A stretch of 64,000 bases of DNA from positions 4,414 to 68,413 of the IMG/VR virus record IMGVR_UViG_3300034068_000734, one strand, 5' to 3'. Of the stretch, positions 1 through 8,741 are shown in pieces. Made by a program: the position numbers and the translations under genes. How positions within the stretch are numbered: position 1 is the first letter of the stretch; every line of letters starts with the position of its first letter. Below the pieces are notes generated by a model. It saw only the letters and a program-made list of their open reading frames with translations. It was not told the origin of the DNA and ran no database searches. The stretch is from a virus.

Positions 1-890
1 AGGGACTCATCCCCAGCGAGGTCGAGCATGCAGTTCACGGCGAGCGAGTTGCCCATGCTCGCGGCAAGCAATGCCGCAGCTGCACCAGCGATCCGGGGAC
101 GCAAATCCACTGGCGCTGTGAGGGCGGCCTGCACGACGACATCAGTCAAAGCATCGATGTTGCCTTCGCTGCCTGCGATGCTCGCGATGACGAAGTCCCG
201 AACGCTAATGTCGCTCATCCCGATCTGAAGCATGACGGTGAGGATTGGGATGAACGACATTCGGTAATCCCGGCGGCCGTCAAGCAACTGAACTACATCC
301 CAGCACTGATGACACCGCTCAATGAGATCCTCGTGGAGGAGCGGTGCCGCTTCCGCAAGCCGCTCAGGGGATGCAGCGAGATCCGGGAGGGGGCGGTACC
401 GCTCGATGATGGCGTCCCGGTCCTCCGCCGTGGAAAGCAGTCCAGCGCCGATGCGCTCGGCCTCCAGCTCGTGGCCCTCTGGAATGAGGACGCCATCTGT
501 TGAGCAGCAGTCCTCATTCATGCACTCGTATGACCAGTACCGGCCTGCGTCGATGAAGAGTGAGCCCTTCACGCGTATGCCCTCGTCCTCAATCGCGACG
601 ATGAGGTCGTCAACGGCCATGTCATAGGGAAGCGGGCCTTCGCGCCGTTCGCAGTACAGCGCGATGACGACCTCGTCTGCACCGATCTGCTCGGCCGTCG
701 CCACGACATGCTCAGCGAACATGAGGATGCCGTCCAGGTCAATGCGGGACGTGAGCGTGACATTGCCTTCCATGAGGAACACTGCGACGACCGAGTCGCT
801 TGGGTTGAATCCCAGCAGCGCGGGGATCGTGGCGGCGACGTCCCCAGGGGACCTCAGCACAATCTTTGGGCGTTCGATATCAACGGACAT
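1..890 (-). CDS. DUF4192 domain protein (3' end runs off the window)
   Basis: Manual translation from ATG 890 gives MSVDIERPKIVLRSPGDVAATIPALLGFNPSDSVVAVF...RYWSYECMNEDCC, the typical actinobacterial DUF4192 N-terminus. The frame is open to position 1 and is absent from the ORF track. Confidence 0.8.
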   Translation of the reverse strand, partial: MSVDIERPKIVLRSPGDVAATIPALLGFNPSDSVVAVFLMEGNVTLTSRIDLDGILMFAEHVVATAEQIGADEVVIALYCERREGPLPYDMAVDDLIVAIEDEGIRVKGSLFIDAGRYWSYECMNEDCCSTDGVLIPEGHELEAERIGAGLLSTAEDRDAIIERYRPLPDLAASPERLAEAAPLLHEDLIERCHQCWDVVQLLDGRRDYRMSFIPILTVMLQIGMSDISVRDFVIASIAGSEGNIDALTDVVVQAALTAPVDLRPRIAGAAAALLAASMGNSLAVNCMLDLAGDES

Positions 891-1352
891 GGATGGTCTC
901 CTTCAGAAATAGGAAAAGCCCCGAAGCTGTATGCCTCAGGGCTGGTACTTCATCTCCTCTTCGCCTGCACTCTGGCGGGCTACTCGATGAGGGGAACGGG
1001 CTTGGATTTGGATAGTGCTCTTCCGTTGCTCGTGTAACTATTATGACGCAAAGTGACAGTAAATGCAAGTGGTTTCTGGTCTTTATCTATGAAATCAGCA
1101 AGGCCCCGGTCAATCATCATTCGCGGGGGCGAGATGCTCTCAATCGGGGCCAAGCAGTTCATATTCTCGCGCTTTTCAGGCTGCTGCGCAAGCATTTTGC
1201 CCGAAAACGGGAGCGGCCCCCGTACCCCACTCTGTCTGGAGGTACGAGGGCCGTTTACCCATTTCCGAATGGACACAGCATGTAGTGCAGCAACCACTAC
1301 AAATTGTATCAGTATGCGTCACTATGCACAACCCTGACGCGCTTTGTTGCGC

Positions 1353-1706
1353 CTAGCGAGGGTTCTTCCTCCACCGAGACTTAGTTGCACCGCAGCAGGG
1401 ACAACTGTGTGCTTCCCGAGTTTCGAGGGCAGAACTGATGAGCCCCCTTATTCGAGCTCGGTGAACGAGTTGCTTTGCGTTATCTTTCGTGACGCCGTAA
1501 TGCGCTGCAACAGCGCCAGTGCCACCGAATCTGGCACCCCCTTCCATGTACAGCTTCGAGACCAATTCGTAGTCGTAAATCAACACGGTTGCACCTCTCT
1601 TCGCGAACGTGATTCGAGTGCGATGGTGAGGGACACAGGATCGGAAAGCATCTACCCTTGGAACCGGATAGGACTGGTCTCCTTCCTGCGGCTGGGAGGG
1701 AGCCAC
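1353..1706 (-). CDS. Small HTH-like protein with C-terminal CPCC motif (true start probably downstream)
   Basis: AVAAHYGVTKDNAKQLVHRAR resembles an HTH; HSCPCCG follows. Confidence 0.45.
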   Translation of the reverse strand: MAPSQPQEGDQSYPVPRVDAFRSCVPHHRTRITFAKRGATVLIYDYELVSKLYMEGGARFGGTGAVAAHYGVTKDNAKQLVHRARIRGLISSALETREAHSCPCCGATKSRWRKNPR

Positions 1707-1726
1707 GCGCCCCCTCCCAGCCAGTC

Positions 1727-2707
1727 CTACATCCAGTGCCGAGCAGTGGCGAGCGCACGCGCCTTGTGCGGATGCTCGCCCAGCATGATCCGAGCAGTCC
1801 TTGTCTCAAGGCTGCGCGCAGGGAAGTAGTGGTCGCACGCCTCAACAGCAGCCTCCACCACCCCGTACAACGTCCCGGTGATTCCCTCGCAGGTCTCCGA
1901 GTTGTACGCGAGCCAGAACGCATCCCGCTTCGCCTTCACCATCGTCCTGGACTTGTCCGGGGCGTTCTCGGCAGGCATCGGGAGCCAGCGCTCCACGAAC
2001 ATCTCCACATCGAGACGATCCACCTGCTTGCGGATCATGTCCTTCGCCAGCTCCTTCTGCGCCTCGATGCCGCCGATCGACGCCGCGATCGCCCGCCGTG
2101 CGTCGTTCATCCGGTCGGCCCAGTTCGCCGTGTGCCGGATGTTGAACACGAAGCCGTTGCGGTCCATGATGGACTCCGACGCCCGCATCGTGTTCGCGCA
2201 GACGACCCGGAACGTTCCCGGGCCTCCCTTCATCCCACCCATGCCGTCATGCCGGGTCCATGCGTTGAAGAACCCGTACGTGGTGCTGGGATCGCCGGGG
2301 ATCTGGAACGGCTCCTTCATGAACAGGCTGACCGCGATGACCCGGCCCTTGCGCAGCACCGAGAGAGTCTCGTACTCGAATCCGGGCATGCCCGGCAGAT
2401 CGAGGCCCATGATGTACTCGATGACATTGCCGAACTCCGTGTTGGAGATGACGGCGTAGGAGTCCTCCTGGATGGACAGTGTGTCCCCCGTGTCGGAGCG
2501 CACGATCTGGTTCCAGCCCTCAATCTGCTCGTATGAGGACTGGAACGTTCCCGGGATCCGTGCGTAGATCGGCTGGGCTACTGGCTCCCAGTCGAGGTAT
2601 CCGGCGCGGGCCTCGTCCCACGTCTTCGGACGCTCGCCCTTGATATCTGCGAGGCCATGCCATGCGGCGGTGTGCGCCACCCATCCGTTCTCATATTCGT
2701 GAGCCAT
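1727..2707 (-). CDS. DUF932 / TIGR03299-like phage-plasmid protein
   Basis: AWHGL, IVRSDTGDTLS, HDGMGG and RVVCANTM motifs. Confidence 0.85.
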   Translation of the reverse strand: MAHEYENGWVAHTAAWHGLADIKGERPKTWDEARAGYLDWEPVAQPIYARIPGTFQSSYEQIEGWNQIVRSDTGDTLSIQEDSYAVISNTEFGNVIEYIMGLDLPGMPGFEYETLSVLRKGRVIAVSLFMKEPFQIPGDPSTTYGFFNAWTRHDGMGGMKGGPGTFRVVCANTMRASESIMDRNGFVFNIRHTANWADRMNDARRAIAASIGGIEAQKELAKDMIRKQVDRLDVEMFVERWLPMPAENAPDKSRTMVKAKRDAFWLAYNSETCEGITGTLYGVVEAAVEACDHYFPARSLETRTARIMLGEHPHKARALATARHWM

Positions 2708-2791
2708 AATGGTGTTGCCTTTCTGTTGTGGGAAATGGAACGAGGCAGGCACCCCATGGCCGGGGTGTCTGCCTCTCTTGCTCGACCGCGC

Positions 2792-3130
2792 CTATACGTG
2801 GTCGAGCGCCTCGGTGATTGCGAGATCACTGAGGAGAATGTGTGACGGTACGCCGCAACTGTCCGACCAGCAGTGGATGAGTGCCGCTGCGATGAGCGAC
2901 AACTGCTTGCCGATCATGACGGATTCCTCGTACTTGTCGAGGAGTTCTTCGACGTCCCGCAGGTTGGCTCGCCTGTCGGCTGCTACGCGCTCAGCGAGCC
3001 GGATCGCAGCGGGGGAGCGTTCGAATACCTCATTGGGGAACTGCTTCTCTTCAAGCACCCACGAGGAGATCATCGCCATGGCTTTCCCCCGCTGGTCAAC
3101 GCTGGGCTGATCAACACTGACTTTCGTCAT
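2792..3130 (-). CDS. Hypothetical protein
   Basis: ORF in operon context, overlapping xis. Confidence 0.55.
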   Translation of the reverse strand: MTKVSVDQPSVDQRGKAMAMISSWVLEEKQFPNEVFERSPAAIRLAERVAADRRANLRDVEELLDKYEESVMIGKQLSLIAAALIHCWSDSCGVPSHILLSDLAITEALDHV

Positions 3131-3386
3131 TCGGATCCCCTCCCAACGACTTCACGTATGCGTAGAGGTCCTCGGGGAGGATCCGAGTCTTGGTGCCGCC
3201 GCTGCCAGGAACGGAGATGTCGACGCTTCGCAGAGTCCCGGTGTTGATGAGCCGGTATACGTGGGTCTTGCTCGTCCCGAGCTGGTCGGCCGCCTGCTGG
3301 ATCGTGTAGACGACTGTTGTGGGCGGTTCCAGTATGAATGGTTCCAGTGTGGCTTCTGTTGTCATCTGTGTATCAAACCGCACCAT
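3111..3386 (-). CDS. xis: Excisionase / HTH_17 DNA-binding protein
   Basis: YTIQQAADQLGTSKTHVYRLINTGTL...TRI; divergent from the repressor and near attP/int. Confidence 0.75.
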   Translation of the reverse strand: MVRFDTQMTTEATLEPFILEPPTTVVYTIQQAADQLGTSKTHVYRLINTGTLRSVDISVPGSGGTKTRILPEDLYAYVKSLGGDPNDESQC

Positions 3387-3611
3387 GATGCGCTACGCAA
3401 GTGATTCGAGGACATTCAGCAACAGAATGTGACTGACAATGGAGTCTCTATTTAAACACTGAATGCTCATTCAGTAAATACCTCCGTTCTGGGCGGGAAT
3501 GCCTCACAAGCACCCGCGAAGATGCACCAAATTGATCCATGGTGCATTATGTGTCGTGTGAATACCCGTATCAGCTCGATCCGGGGCACGAGAGAGAACA
3601 GGTAGGTAACA

Positions 3612-3986
3612 ATGAGCGAGCGGAATATCGAACTCGGAGAAGAGTCCGCCAGAAGACTGGCAGACGCTCTCGTGCGCCGACGCACCGAACTCGGATGGCG
3701 CAGCGCCCGAGCGATGGGGATCGAGGCAGGCCTTGACTACCGAACGATCACGAACCTCGAAGCGTGCCGCCGCACCGAGGTGTCAAGGAACACCCTCGCC
3801 GTCCTTGAACTGAAACTCAAGTGGCCCGCTGGGTACCTCAACGCGCTGCTGGAGACACCGAACGCGAATAAGGAGGAGACGGTCGAGCTGACAGTCCCTG
3901 CTGGAACGACCCAGTCCGACATGCTGCGCGCACGCGCGATCGCCCAGGCAACGTTCAACGCGGCCATCAAGGGAATGTCAGAGTGA
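3612..3986 (+). CDS. XRE-like HTH repressor (immunity repressor candidate)
   Basis: LVRRRTELGWRSARAMGIEAGLDYRTITNLE...LELKLKWPAG; the only plus-strand gene in the left arm. Confidence 0.7.
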   Translation: MSERNIELGEESARRLADALVRRRTELGWRSARAMGIEAGLDYRTITNLEACRRTEVSRNTLAVLELKLKWPAGYLNALLETPNANKEETVELTVPAGTTQSDMLRARAIAQATFNAAIKGMSE

Positions 3987-4006
3987 TGCGGTGCGCACGT
4001 AATGCT

Positions 4007-4292
4007 GATCTAACAAGGATCTAACAGGTAGCCTGAGAAGCTATGAAACTCTATGCGTCACAATGCTTCACTCATGAGGGCTTAGGGGCTGCAAAAGAAA
4101 CACTATGACACACAGTGCGGTTCTATAACCGGACTGTTAATCGAAGGGTTTCTGGTTCGAGTCCAGATGGGGGAGCAAATGGCCCAGCACCGAAAGGTGT
4201 TGGGCCATAACGCTTTTCAGGGCCAAAACCCTTTCCTTAGCCGCTTCCCTGAAAATAGTCTCAGGGTCCCGATCTAACAAGGATCTAACAGG
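4007..4292. other. attP: attP region: tRNA-Asn 3'-half core flanked by 22-bp arm-type direct repeats
   Basis: GATCTAACAAGGATCTAACAGG occurs exactly at 4007-4028 and 4271-4292. Core 4133-4176 has the anticodon loop CTGTTAA, T-arm CTGGTTCGAGTCCAG and 3' acceptor GGGGGAGC. It lies immediately downstream of int. Confidence 0.85.
4181..4206 (+). terminator. Hairpin terminator following the tRNA-derived core
   Basis: GGCCCAGCACC-GAAA-GGTGTTGGGCC. Confidence 0.7.
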
Positions 4293-4296
4293 GGTG

Positions 4297-5424
4297 TTAT
4301 CCGCCGTCGCTCAGCAGCTTCGCCGCGAACACGTCCGCGGCCTGCCTGGACTGCTTCCTCGTCACCTGCGCGTACGTGTTCATCGTCACGACCGGGCTCG
4401 CATGCCCGAGCCGCTCCGCGACCACATGCGGTGAGACGCCCTCCTCCAGCAGCCACGTCGCATGCGTGTGGCGCAGCCCGTGCGGCTTGAGGTACTCGAC
4501 GCCCGCCTCCGCGCAGATCGCATGCCAGGTGACGTAGATCTTCGTCGGGTCCAGCCCGCCTCCGTTCGGGTTCGTGAACACCAGCCCGGAGTCGACCCAC
4601 CGCCGGGATGCCATCTTCTTCTCCAGGTGGCGCTTGTAGTGGACGGAGAGCACATGGAGCGTCGCGTCGTCGACGGCAACCTGCTTGCCCTTCCCCTCCT
4701 TGAGCGTCCCGGTGATGATCTTCCCGCCGACGACGGTCCGGTTCTCGATGAACGTCACGGTCTTGCCCTTGTAGTCGATGTCCTTCCACCGCAGCCCCAG
4801 AGCCTCGCCCCTGCGGCATCCGGTCGCCGCGAACAGCAGGTACAGCGCCCCGGCTGGATGCTTGACGAGCACCGCGTTGACCTTGTGCATCTCCTCCTCG
4901 CCCCACGTGCGCTTCGCGACACGCTTGGGGCGGGGGATGGGAACATGCTCGGCCGGGTTTGTCTCGATGAGCCGGTAGACGACGACGGCGTGCTTGAACG
5001 CCATCTTCAGGAGCGTCCCCGTGTACTCCACGGTCCTGCGCGACTGGGTCTCGCACAGCGTGGAGTACAGGTCGGAGACGGTCATGCTCGTGACGGCCTG
5101 CATCTTCATCCCGCCGATATGCGGCTTGACGTACAGCTCGATCTGCCGTTCGTAGGAGTATTCGGTGGAGGGCTTGAGCGGCTTGGTGAGCGCATGCGAG
5201 GGGAGCCACCTGTCGAGGTACTCGCTGACGGTGATCTTGTCCTTGCGGACGGCGTGCCCCCTGCGCAGTGCGACACGCCGCTCGTCCCTGAACGCCTTCG
5301 CCTCGTCCTCGCTGCGGAAACCGGAGTGCACCACGACCTTGGTCTTGCCCGTGGCCGGGTCCGGTTCCCGCAGCGTGACGTAGTAGAAGGACCCTTTCGA
5401 GGAGATCCCGTCTTTCATTGCCAT
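4297..5424 (-). CDS. int: Tyrosine integrase with N-terminal arm-binding domain
   Basis: TGCRRGE, HGLRHTHAT, LGHAS and TMNTY provide the catalytic R-H-R-H-Y set; SAM-like domain present. Confidence 0.97.
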   Translation of the reverse strand: MAMKDGISSKGSFYYVTLREPDPATGKTKVVVHSGFRSEDEAKAFRDERRVALRRGHAVRKDKITVSEYLDRWLPSHALTKPLKPSTEYSYERQIELYVKPHIGGMKMQAVTSMTVSDLYSTLCETQSRRTVEYTGTLLKMAFKHAVVVYRLIETNPAEHVPIPRPKRVAKRTWGEEEMHKVNAVLVKHPAGALYLLFAATGCRRGEALGLRWKDIDYKGKTVTFIENRTVVGGKIITGTLKEGKGKQVAVDDATLHVLSVHYKRHLEKKMASRRWVDSGLVFTNPNGGGLDPTKIYVTWHAICAEAGVEYLKPHGLRHTHATWLLEEGVSPHVVAERLGHASPVVTMNTYAQVTRKQSRQAADVFAAKLLSDGG

Positions 5425-5434
5425 GCGCCGGACG

Positions 5435-5731
5435 CTACTCCGGGCGCAGGGCGATGAGGAACTTCCCGTCTTGCGACATGCCCATCGGGCTGTCCGGGTC
5501 GATGAGGAGCAGTTGCTTGGCGAGCCATCCTGCGGTCCAGCGCCCGGTGGAGATGTTGTAGGCGACGGACATGCCCTCGGCGAGAATGCCGTTGCCTGCC
5601 TCCGGGATGATCCCCGGAGGCAGGAACGCTCTCGCTACCCGATCCTCGCAAGCACGGAGTTCGGGGCAGATGCAGATGAATGGTGGGTCAGGGACGCTTT
5701 CTGGCTGGCACTCCAGTAGATGCTCAGTCAT
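5435..5731 (-). CDS. Cys-rich mini-gene family member (MTEHLLEC...)
   Basis: Shares MTEHLxEC and CxCxxLRACExRV with its neighbours. Confidence 0.75.
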   Translation of the reverse strand: MTEHLLECQPESVPDPPFICICPELRACEDRVARAFLPPGIIPEAGNGILAEGMSVAYNISTGRWTAGWLAKQLLLIDPDSPMGMSQDGKFLIALRPE

Positions 5732-5864
5732 TCCTGAACTCCCTCGGGGTCGCTGCTAAGTATTCGCGTTCGCAGTCACGGCATTCGTAAACCATCTTCT
5801 CCGGGTTGTGCTTGCATCCTCCATCAGCGATAGCGGGGTGCAGGACCGATAATGGTTCTGTCAT
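5724..5864 (-). CDS. Small Cys-containing protein (MTEPLSVL...)
   Basis: ATGA-coupled start after GGAG; YECRDC. Confidence 0.6.
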   Translation of the reverse strand: MTEPLSVLHPAIADGGCKHNPEKMVYECRDCEREYLAATPREFRND

Positions 5865-6148
5865 TCCTGATCTCCCTTGATGGCGGCGATGACACCGGGG
5901 CCAAACCCCGCCAAGTCTGAGTAGCCCTCGCCATTGAGCGTTGCCCTCCAACCATTGTCGTCAAGCATGATGAGATGCGTCTCTACCCGATGCACGGCAG
6001 CAGCGATGGTGTCCCGCTTTCCTTTCTCCGAGACCGCTATCGCAGCAGCGATTACCCGCTTTTCGCAGGCACGTATCACGTCGCAGAAGCAATCAAGGCT
6101 GTGCGGCATGACACTCTTGTCCGCGCATTCCGGCAGATGCTCAGTCAT
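5861..6148 (-). CDS. Cys-rich mini-gene family member
   Basis: MTEHLPEC, CFCDVIRACEKRV, AAAVHRVE, VIAAIKGDQE. Confidence 0.75.
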   Translation of the reverse strand: MTEHLPECADKSVMPHSLDCFCDVIRACEKRVIAAAIAVSEKGKRDTIAAAVHRVETHLIMLDDNGWRATLNGEGYSDLAGFGPGVIAAIKGDQE

Positions 6149-6417
6149 GACTGATCTCCCTTGATAGCGGCGATGACCGCCGCCTTCGGGACAACTGACG
6201 ACAGCGTGACGCCAATGGTGCTGATGTATTCGTACGCCTCTACCCGCTGCACGGCAGCAGCAAGCACTTGGTCAATCAGGGCGCATTCGCAGTCAGCACC
6301 GCACATCCAGCAATAAATAGCGTCGGGCACTGACGGGTTCTCTGTGTCTCTGGAATGCTTCTGGTTCTCGCCGTGTATGCATGGTGTTGACCATTCGCAT
6401 AGCGGGTCGTGGGTCAT
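6145..6417 (-). CDS. Cys-rich mini-gene family member
   Basis: MTHDPLC, CEC, AAAVQRVEA, VIAAIKGDQS. Confidence 0.75.
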   Translation of the reverse strand: MTHDPLCEWSTPCIHGENQKHSRDTENPSVPDAIYCWMCGADCECALIDQVLAAAVQRVEAYEYISTIGVTLSSVVPKAAVIAAIKGDQS

Positions 6418-6728
6418 GGCTGATCTCCTTTGATAGCGTCAAGCGCATCGCCCCGCAGGCAGTTGCACGGACGCTTGTAGTTCGGATCGCGGGTCACGCA
6501 TTCGAGCGCGTGCGGCAGAGCCTCTACCCGCTGCGCGGCCTCGTCTAGAGCTGCCTTGATGTGGCCCGGTTCACCCCACCCGTCTTCCATCGCAGCGCCG
6601 TAGCCGATCAAGTAGCCACGGTGCTCAGCCTTTGTGAGAGATTCACACAGGCATACCAGTTTGCTGTGAAAGCAGTCCGGCGATTCGCACATATATAAAG
6701 CCGGGGACTCGGGCAGATGCTCGGTCAT
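6414..6728 (-). CDS. Cys-rich mini-gene family member
   Basis: MTEHLPES, CLC, AAQRVEA, CNCLRGDALDAIKGDQP; ATG at 6728. Confidence 0.75.
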   Translation of the reverse strand: MTEHLPESPALYMCESPDCFHSKLVCLCESLTKAEHRGYLIGYGAAMEDGWGEPGHIKAALDEAAQRVEALPHALECVTRDPNYKRPCNCLRGDALDAIKGDQP

Positions 6729-6952
6729 TGCTTCTCCTCGCTTAGTTCGTCGATGGCGTTGAGGGCCTCGAATCTGGAGCATTTGCAGTAATTTCTGATC
6801 GTCTCCCTGCAATGGTCTTCGTGGGCAAGCACTGCCGATACCGCTTTCCAAGCTTCGGCGTATGCCTCCGCCTTGATCGCTTCGATGGTCTTCGGGTGAA
6901 TCTTCAACAAGCGTTCCGCGTTGTCGGGGTCCACCATGAAGTTCCTCATCAC
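6725..6952 (-). CDS. Mini-gene family member (C-terminal module)
   Basis: HEDHC...CKCSRFEALNAI matches the C-terminal module of 6414-6728. Confidence 0.7.
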   Translation of the reverse strand: MMRNFMVDPDNAERLLKIHPKTIEAIKAEAYAEAWKAVSAVLAHEDHCRETIRNYCKCSRFEALNAIDELSEEKQ

Positions 6953-7179
6953 TCTCCCTTGGTTCCGGCGGAGTAGCCTGCTTCGAACTGGTCACGCGCG
7001 AACGTCTCCCACTCTTTTGCTATCCGCTGCGCGCAGGCACGGAGCGCGTCGCAGATGCATTCAGCCATGCAATGCAGGCAAGGACCACCCACGAAATTGC
7101 CGCAGAAGCCATGCTCTGGGAACTGCTCGTCATCGCAGCATGGCTTGAGCATGGGGCATTCTGGCAAATGCTCAGTCAT
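6949..7179 (-). CDS. Cys-rich mini-gene family member
   Basis: MTEHLPEC...CICDALRACAQRI; ATG at 7179. Confidence 0.75.
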   Translation of the reverse strand: MTEHLPECPMLKPCCDDEQFPEHGFCGNFVGGPCLHCMAECICDALRACAQRIAKEWETFARDQFEAGYSAGTKGE

Positions 7180-7180
7180 G

Positions 7181-7396
7181 TCAGTACCGATCGTCCGGGT
7201 CACGGCCGAACCGGTCCTCGGGGTCCTCGTGATGCTCGTGCTCGCATTCGGGGCACTCCCAAGTGAGGTTGTTGCCAGCGATGTAGCAGACAACGTCGCC
7301 CTCCCAGTCGCACCTATCGCACACTGCGTCCTTGAGGGTTTCCTCGTCAGCCTCTGGGGGAGACGCAAGTTTCCACGAGTCATATGTGGTGCTCAT
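7181..7396 (-). CDS. Small acidic zinc-ribbon protein
   Basis: YDSWKLASP, CDRC and CPEC. Confidence 0.65.
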   Translation of the reverse strand: MSTTYDSWKLASPPEADEETLKDAVCDRCDWEGDVVCYIAGNNLTWECPECEHEHHEDPEDRFGRDPDDRY

Positions 7397-7944
7397 GAGG
7401 TGGCCTGTGCCTTGCGCAGGTGCTGCTCGACGTTCTTAGACGCCCACCAAGGCGGTCCTGAATCAACCCATTCTTGGGCTTCGGTGATGGTCAAATAGAA
7501 CTTGACTTCAACGTACGTGGACGCCTCATAGTCCGGCGCGGTGGCTTCCGAGAAGAAGACCTTGGACTTCGAGGCCGCCCTCTGCTTATCTCCATTCCAT
7601 TTAGTGGGAAGGAATCCTCCTGCCGTCAACCAGTCGTCAAGTGATTGGAATGCGTCCATCATCTCGGTGACTGCGGATTCCTTGACCTCTTCGTCATTGG
7701 TCATGCACGCGACTGACATGGATTGCTTGGCTACCTTCAGTGCTTCGTTGGGATCCATTTCGGTCTCTTCGGCTTCCTCCTGCGCATCCCAGGCCTCGCT
7801 GGCTCTCCTCAAGTCCTCTTGATCGTCATCCACGGGCCATCCGCTTGCACGGCAGACGGCTTCCGCAAAATCCATTGCCTCCGCGCGACTCACCATGCGA
7901 ACTGGCTTCTTCTCTTCGTTCATTCCCATGATTGCTTCACCCAT
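7393..7944 (-). CDS. Hypothetical protein
   Basis: Operon-coupled ORF; LDDWLTAGGFLPTKW motif. Confidence 0.65.
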   Translation of the reverse strand: MGEAIMGMNEEKKPVRMVSRAEAMDFAEAVCRASGWPVDDDQEDLRRASEAWDAQEEAEETEMDPNEALKVAKQSMSVACMTNDEEVKESAVTEMMDAFQSLDDWLTAGGFLPTKWNGDKQRAASKSKVFFSEATAPDYEASTYVEVKFYLTITEAQEWVDSGPPWWASKNVEQHLRKAQATS

Positions 7945-8237
7945 CCTTCTTCTCTCGCCCGTTTCGGGTTGTCAGTGATGACCGTGTGGCACGGCCGGCA
8001 CAGGCAGGCGAGGTTCCCCTCGTCGTCCAAACTGCCGCCCCTGGCACGGGTCTTGATCTCATGCACGTCCACGGCCCGCTGCGAATGGCAGCGGGCACAG
8101 ACGGGGTTCTCATCCAGCAGTCGTTTCACCAGCGGAATGCGGACATTCCGGTAGTAGGCCTGTCGTTTCTTGCTACGTGCCTTCACGTGGCCCGCCGGGG
8201 AAGTACCGAACAACCTCCTTGTACGGGTGGATTTCAC
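7920..8237 (-). CDS. HNH endonuclease
   Basis: CARC...DVHEIKTRARGG...NLACLCRPCH. Confidence 0.85.
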   Translation of the reverse strand: MKSTRTRRLFGTSPAGHVKARSKKRQAYYRNVRIPLVKRLLDENPVCARCHSQRAVDVHEIKTRARGGSLDDEGNLACLCRPCHTVITDNPKRAREEGWVKQSWE

Positions 8238-8373
8238 GCGGTGTCACGCCGCATTCGTGGTATTTCGCTTGCGTCTGCGCGGCCCCAGCGGACCTGTGAG
8301 GCCCGAACATGCGCCCGCACGTCTGGCATTGGATGAAGATGGAATAGCCGTCGATCGCCACGAGGGCTCCTTC

Positions 8374-8721
8374 CTACGTGTACTGCCCGGTCGCCTCGGA
8401 TGCGAACTCCGCGCGACGGGCAGCAGAAATGGACCGAATGGCGTCGAACGCCACTTCGAGGTACTTGATGCGCGCTTTTGCGGCCCGGACCCTCATGTCG
8501 GCGAGTTCCCGTTCGAGGGTTAAGCCGCTCGTGTCGAGGATCGACTGCTGCTTGCGGATCTCCATGGATCCGTTCATGGACATGAACGCCTGGGCATACG
8601 CCTGGCGTTCCTTCCATTCGGCTCGTACCGCGAGTTCGTCAAGGTCGGCGAGTTCAGTCACGGTGGTTTTCAACTCGGTGGTGAGTTCGGTGAGTTGGGT
8701 GACTATTTCCTGAGCGTTCAA
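8374..8721 (-). CDS. Coiled-coil protein (possible UvsY-like recombination mediator)
   Basis: Helical heptads; TTG start after AGGAG. Confidence 0.45.
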   Translation of the reverse strand: MNAQEIVTQLTELTTELKTTVTELADLDELAVRAEWKERQAYAQAFMSMNGSMEIRKQQSILDTSGLTLERELADMRVRAAKARIKYLEVAFDAIRSISAARRAEFASEATGQYT

Positions 8722-8741
8722 CTGGTCTCCTTCTCTAGTTG

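Noticed and set aside
4100-4177. Intact tRNA-Asn gene
   Set aside because: No 5' acceptor strand or D-arm, and the anticodon stem is broken; interpreted as the attP core.
5435-7179. Integron cassette array or DGR
   Set aside because: No attC-like palindromes or intergenic spacers, the integrase is a phage arm-binding type, and there is no reverse transcriptase or adenine-specific TR/VR pair.
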